Shown here: positions 62,650-64,000 of the stretch, piece by piece
Layout: each line of letters opens with the position of its first letter
How positions within the stretch are numbered: the stretch's first letter is position 1
Assembly: GCF_032062105.1 (NCBI RefSeq)
Contig: NW_026932430.1
Span: 62,001 to 126,000, forward strand
Length of the DNA: 64,000 bases
Source of the DNA: Saccostrea cucullata
Lineage: Eukaryota
Direction of reading: 5' to 3'
Position numbers and translations under genes: made by a program
The notes under the pieces: generated by a model
The model's database searches: none
What the model was told of the DNA's origin: nothing
The model's input: only the letters and a program-made list of their open reading frames with translations

Positions 62650-63560
62650 GATGTACGAAAGATCTGTGACAGATGTCTGACAGGTGTGCAATAGATGTAA
62701 TCCGTGTGACACAAAGTCTGACAGTTGTGTGATAGATGTGTGACAGTTGTTTGACAGATGTGTGACAGTTGTGTGATAGATGTGTGACAGTTGTGTGATA
62801 GATGTGTGACAAATGTGTGACAGATGTGTGACAGTTGTGTGATAGATGTGTGACAGTTGTGTGACAGTTGTGTGATAAATTTGTGACAGTTGTTTGACAG
62901 TTGTGTGATAAATGTGTGACAAATGTGTGACAGATGTGTGACAGTTGTGTGATAGATGTGTGGCAGTTGTGTGACAGATGTGTAACAGACGTGGGAGAGA
63001 TGTGTGACAGTTGTGTGATAGAAGTGTGATAGATGTGTGAAAGTTGTGTGACAGATGTGTGACACAGATATGTAATACATGTGACACAGAGGTCTGACAG
63101 ATGTGTGTTAGATGTGTCACAGATGTGTGATAGATGTGTGACAGTTGTGTGACAGATGTGTGGCACAGATATGTAATATGTGTGACACAGAGGTCTGACA
63201 GATGTGTTATAGATGTGTGACAGATGTGTGATGGTTATGTGACAGATGTGTGACAGTTGTGTGACAGATCTGAAAGATGTGTGAAATACGACAGGTGTGA
63301 TGGATGCCTGACAGAAATAAGACAGGTGTGATGGATGCCTGACAGAAATAAGACAGGTGTGATGGATGCCTGACAGAAATAAGACAGGTGTGATGGATGC
63401 CTGACAGAAATAAGACAGGTGTGATGGATGCCTGCCAGAAATAAGACAGTTGTGATGGATGTGTGACAGAAATAAGACAGGTGTGATGGATGTGTTACAG
63501 ATCTGAAAAATGTAGATGTGTAGAAATGTGTGAGAAAAGTGTGATGGGTGTTTGACTGAT
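62650..63560. repeat. Low-complexity minisatellite (tgtgtgacag[a/t])n with an embedded 31-bp tandem repeat (about 63290-63495)
   Basis: Direct reading; 31-bp unit gacagaaataagacaggtgtgatggatgcct. Confidence 0.9.
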
Positions 63561-63624
63561 GTGAGATCTCATACATGTGTGGAAGATGAGTGACAGATGC
63601 ATATCTATCAGACGTGCATGTGGT

Positions 63625-63990
63625 AGATATACAATAAGTAATTGTAAGAACAGATATAGATGTACAATTAGTAATTGTAAGTACATATATAGATGTACAA
63701 TTTGTAATTGTGAGTACATATATAGATGTACAATTTGTAATTGTAAGTACATATATAGATGTACAATTTGTAATTGTAAGAACAGATACAGATATAGATG
63801 TACAATTAGTAATTGTAAGTACAGATATAGATGTACAATTAGTAATTGTAAGTACAGATATAGATGTACAATTTGTAATTGAAAGTACAGATATAGATAT
63901 AGATGTACAATTTGTAATTGTAAGTACAGATATAGATGTACAATTAGTAATTGTAAGTACAGATATAGATGTATAATTAGTAATTGTTAG
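63625..63990. repeat. 33/39-bp tandem repeat
   Basis: gatgtacaatt(a/t)gtaattgtaagtacagatata repeated about 10 times. Confidence 0.9.
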
Positions 63991-64000
63991 TACATAATAG

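Noticed and set aside
62601-63976. His/Thr/Cys-rich ORFs in several frames
   Set aside because: Translations of low-complexity tandem repeats, open in multiple frames.

Overview
AT-rich, intron-rich eukaryotic DNA. The repeat content (166-bp satellite inside a Helentron-like element, BEL/Pao element, cvSI-type inhibitor gene) points to a bivalve, probably an oyster (inference). I assembled six protein-coding genes by hand: BLOC1S5/Muted (+), a 12-exon SERINC (-), a 3-exon secreted 12-Cys cvSI/I84-like protease inhibitor (-, absent from the ORF track), NSMCE2/Mms21 (+), a THEG-repeat protein (-) and an unrecognised 317-aa coiled-coil protein with 11-aa repeats (-). SERINC intron 4 holds a young, full-length 8.05-kb BEL/Pao LTR retrotransposon (976-bp LTRs, TTTCT TSD). 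The most striking signal is that this element has no tRNA-type primer-binding site. The 11 nt just after its 5' LTR are the exact reverse complement of the junction made by splicing a GT-AG intron inside the LTR, which suggests a self-primer assembled by splicing. A second recurring pattern is tandem repeats seeded on exon-intron boundaries (5 cases). The rest is Helentron-like elements, nested MITEs, SINEs, LINE and Penelope-like fragments, and simple repeats.
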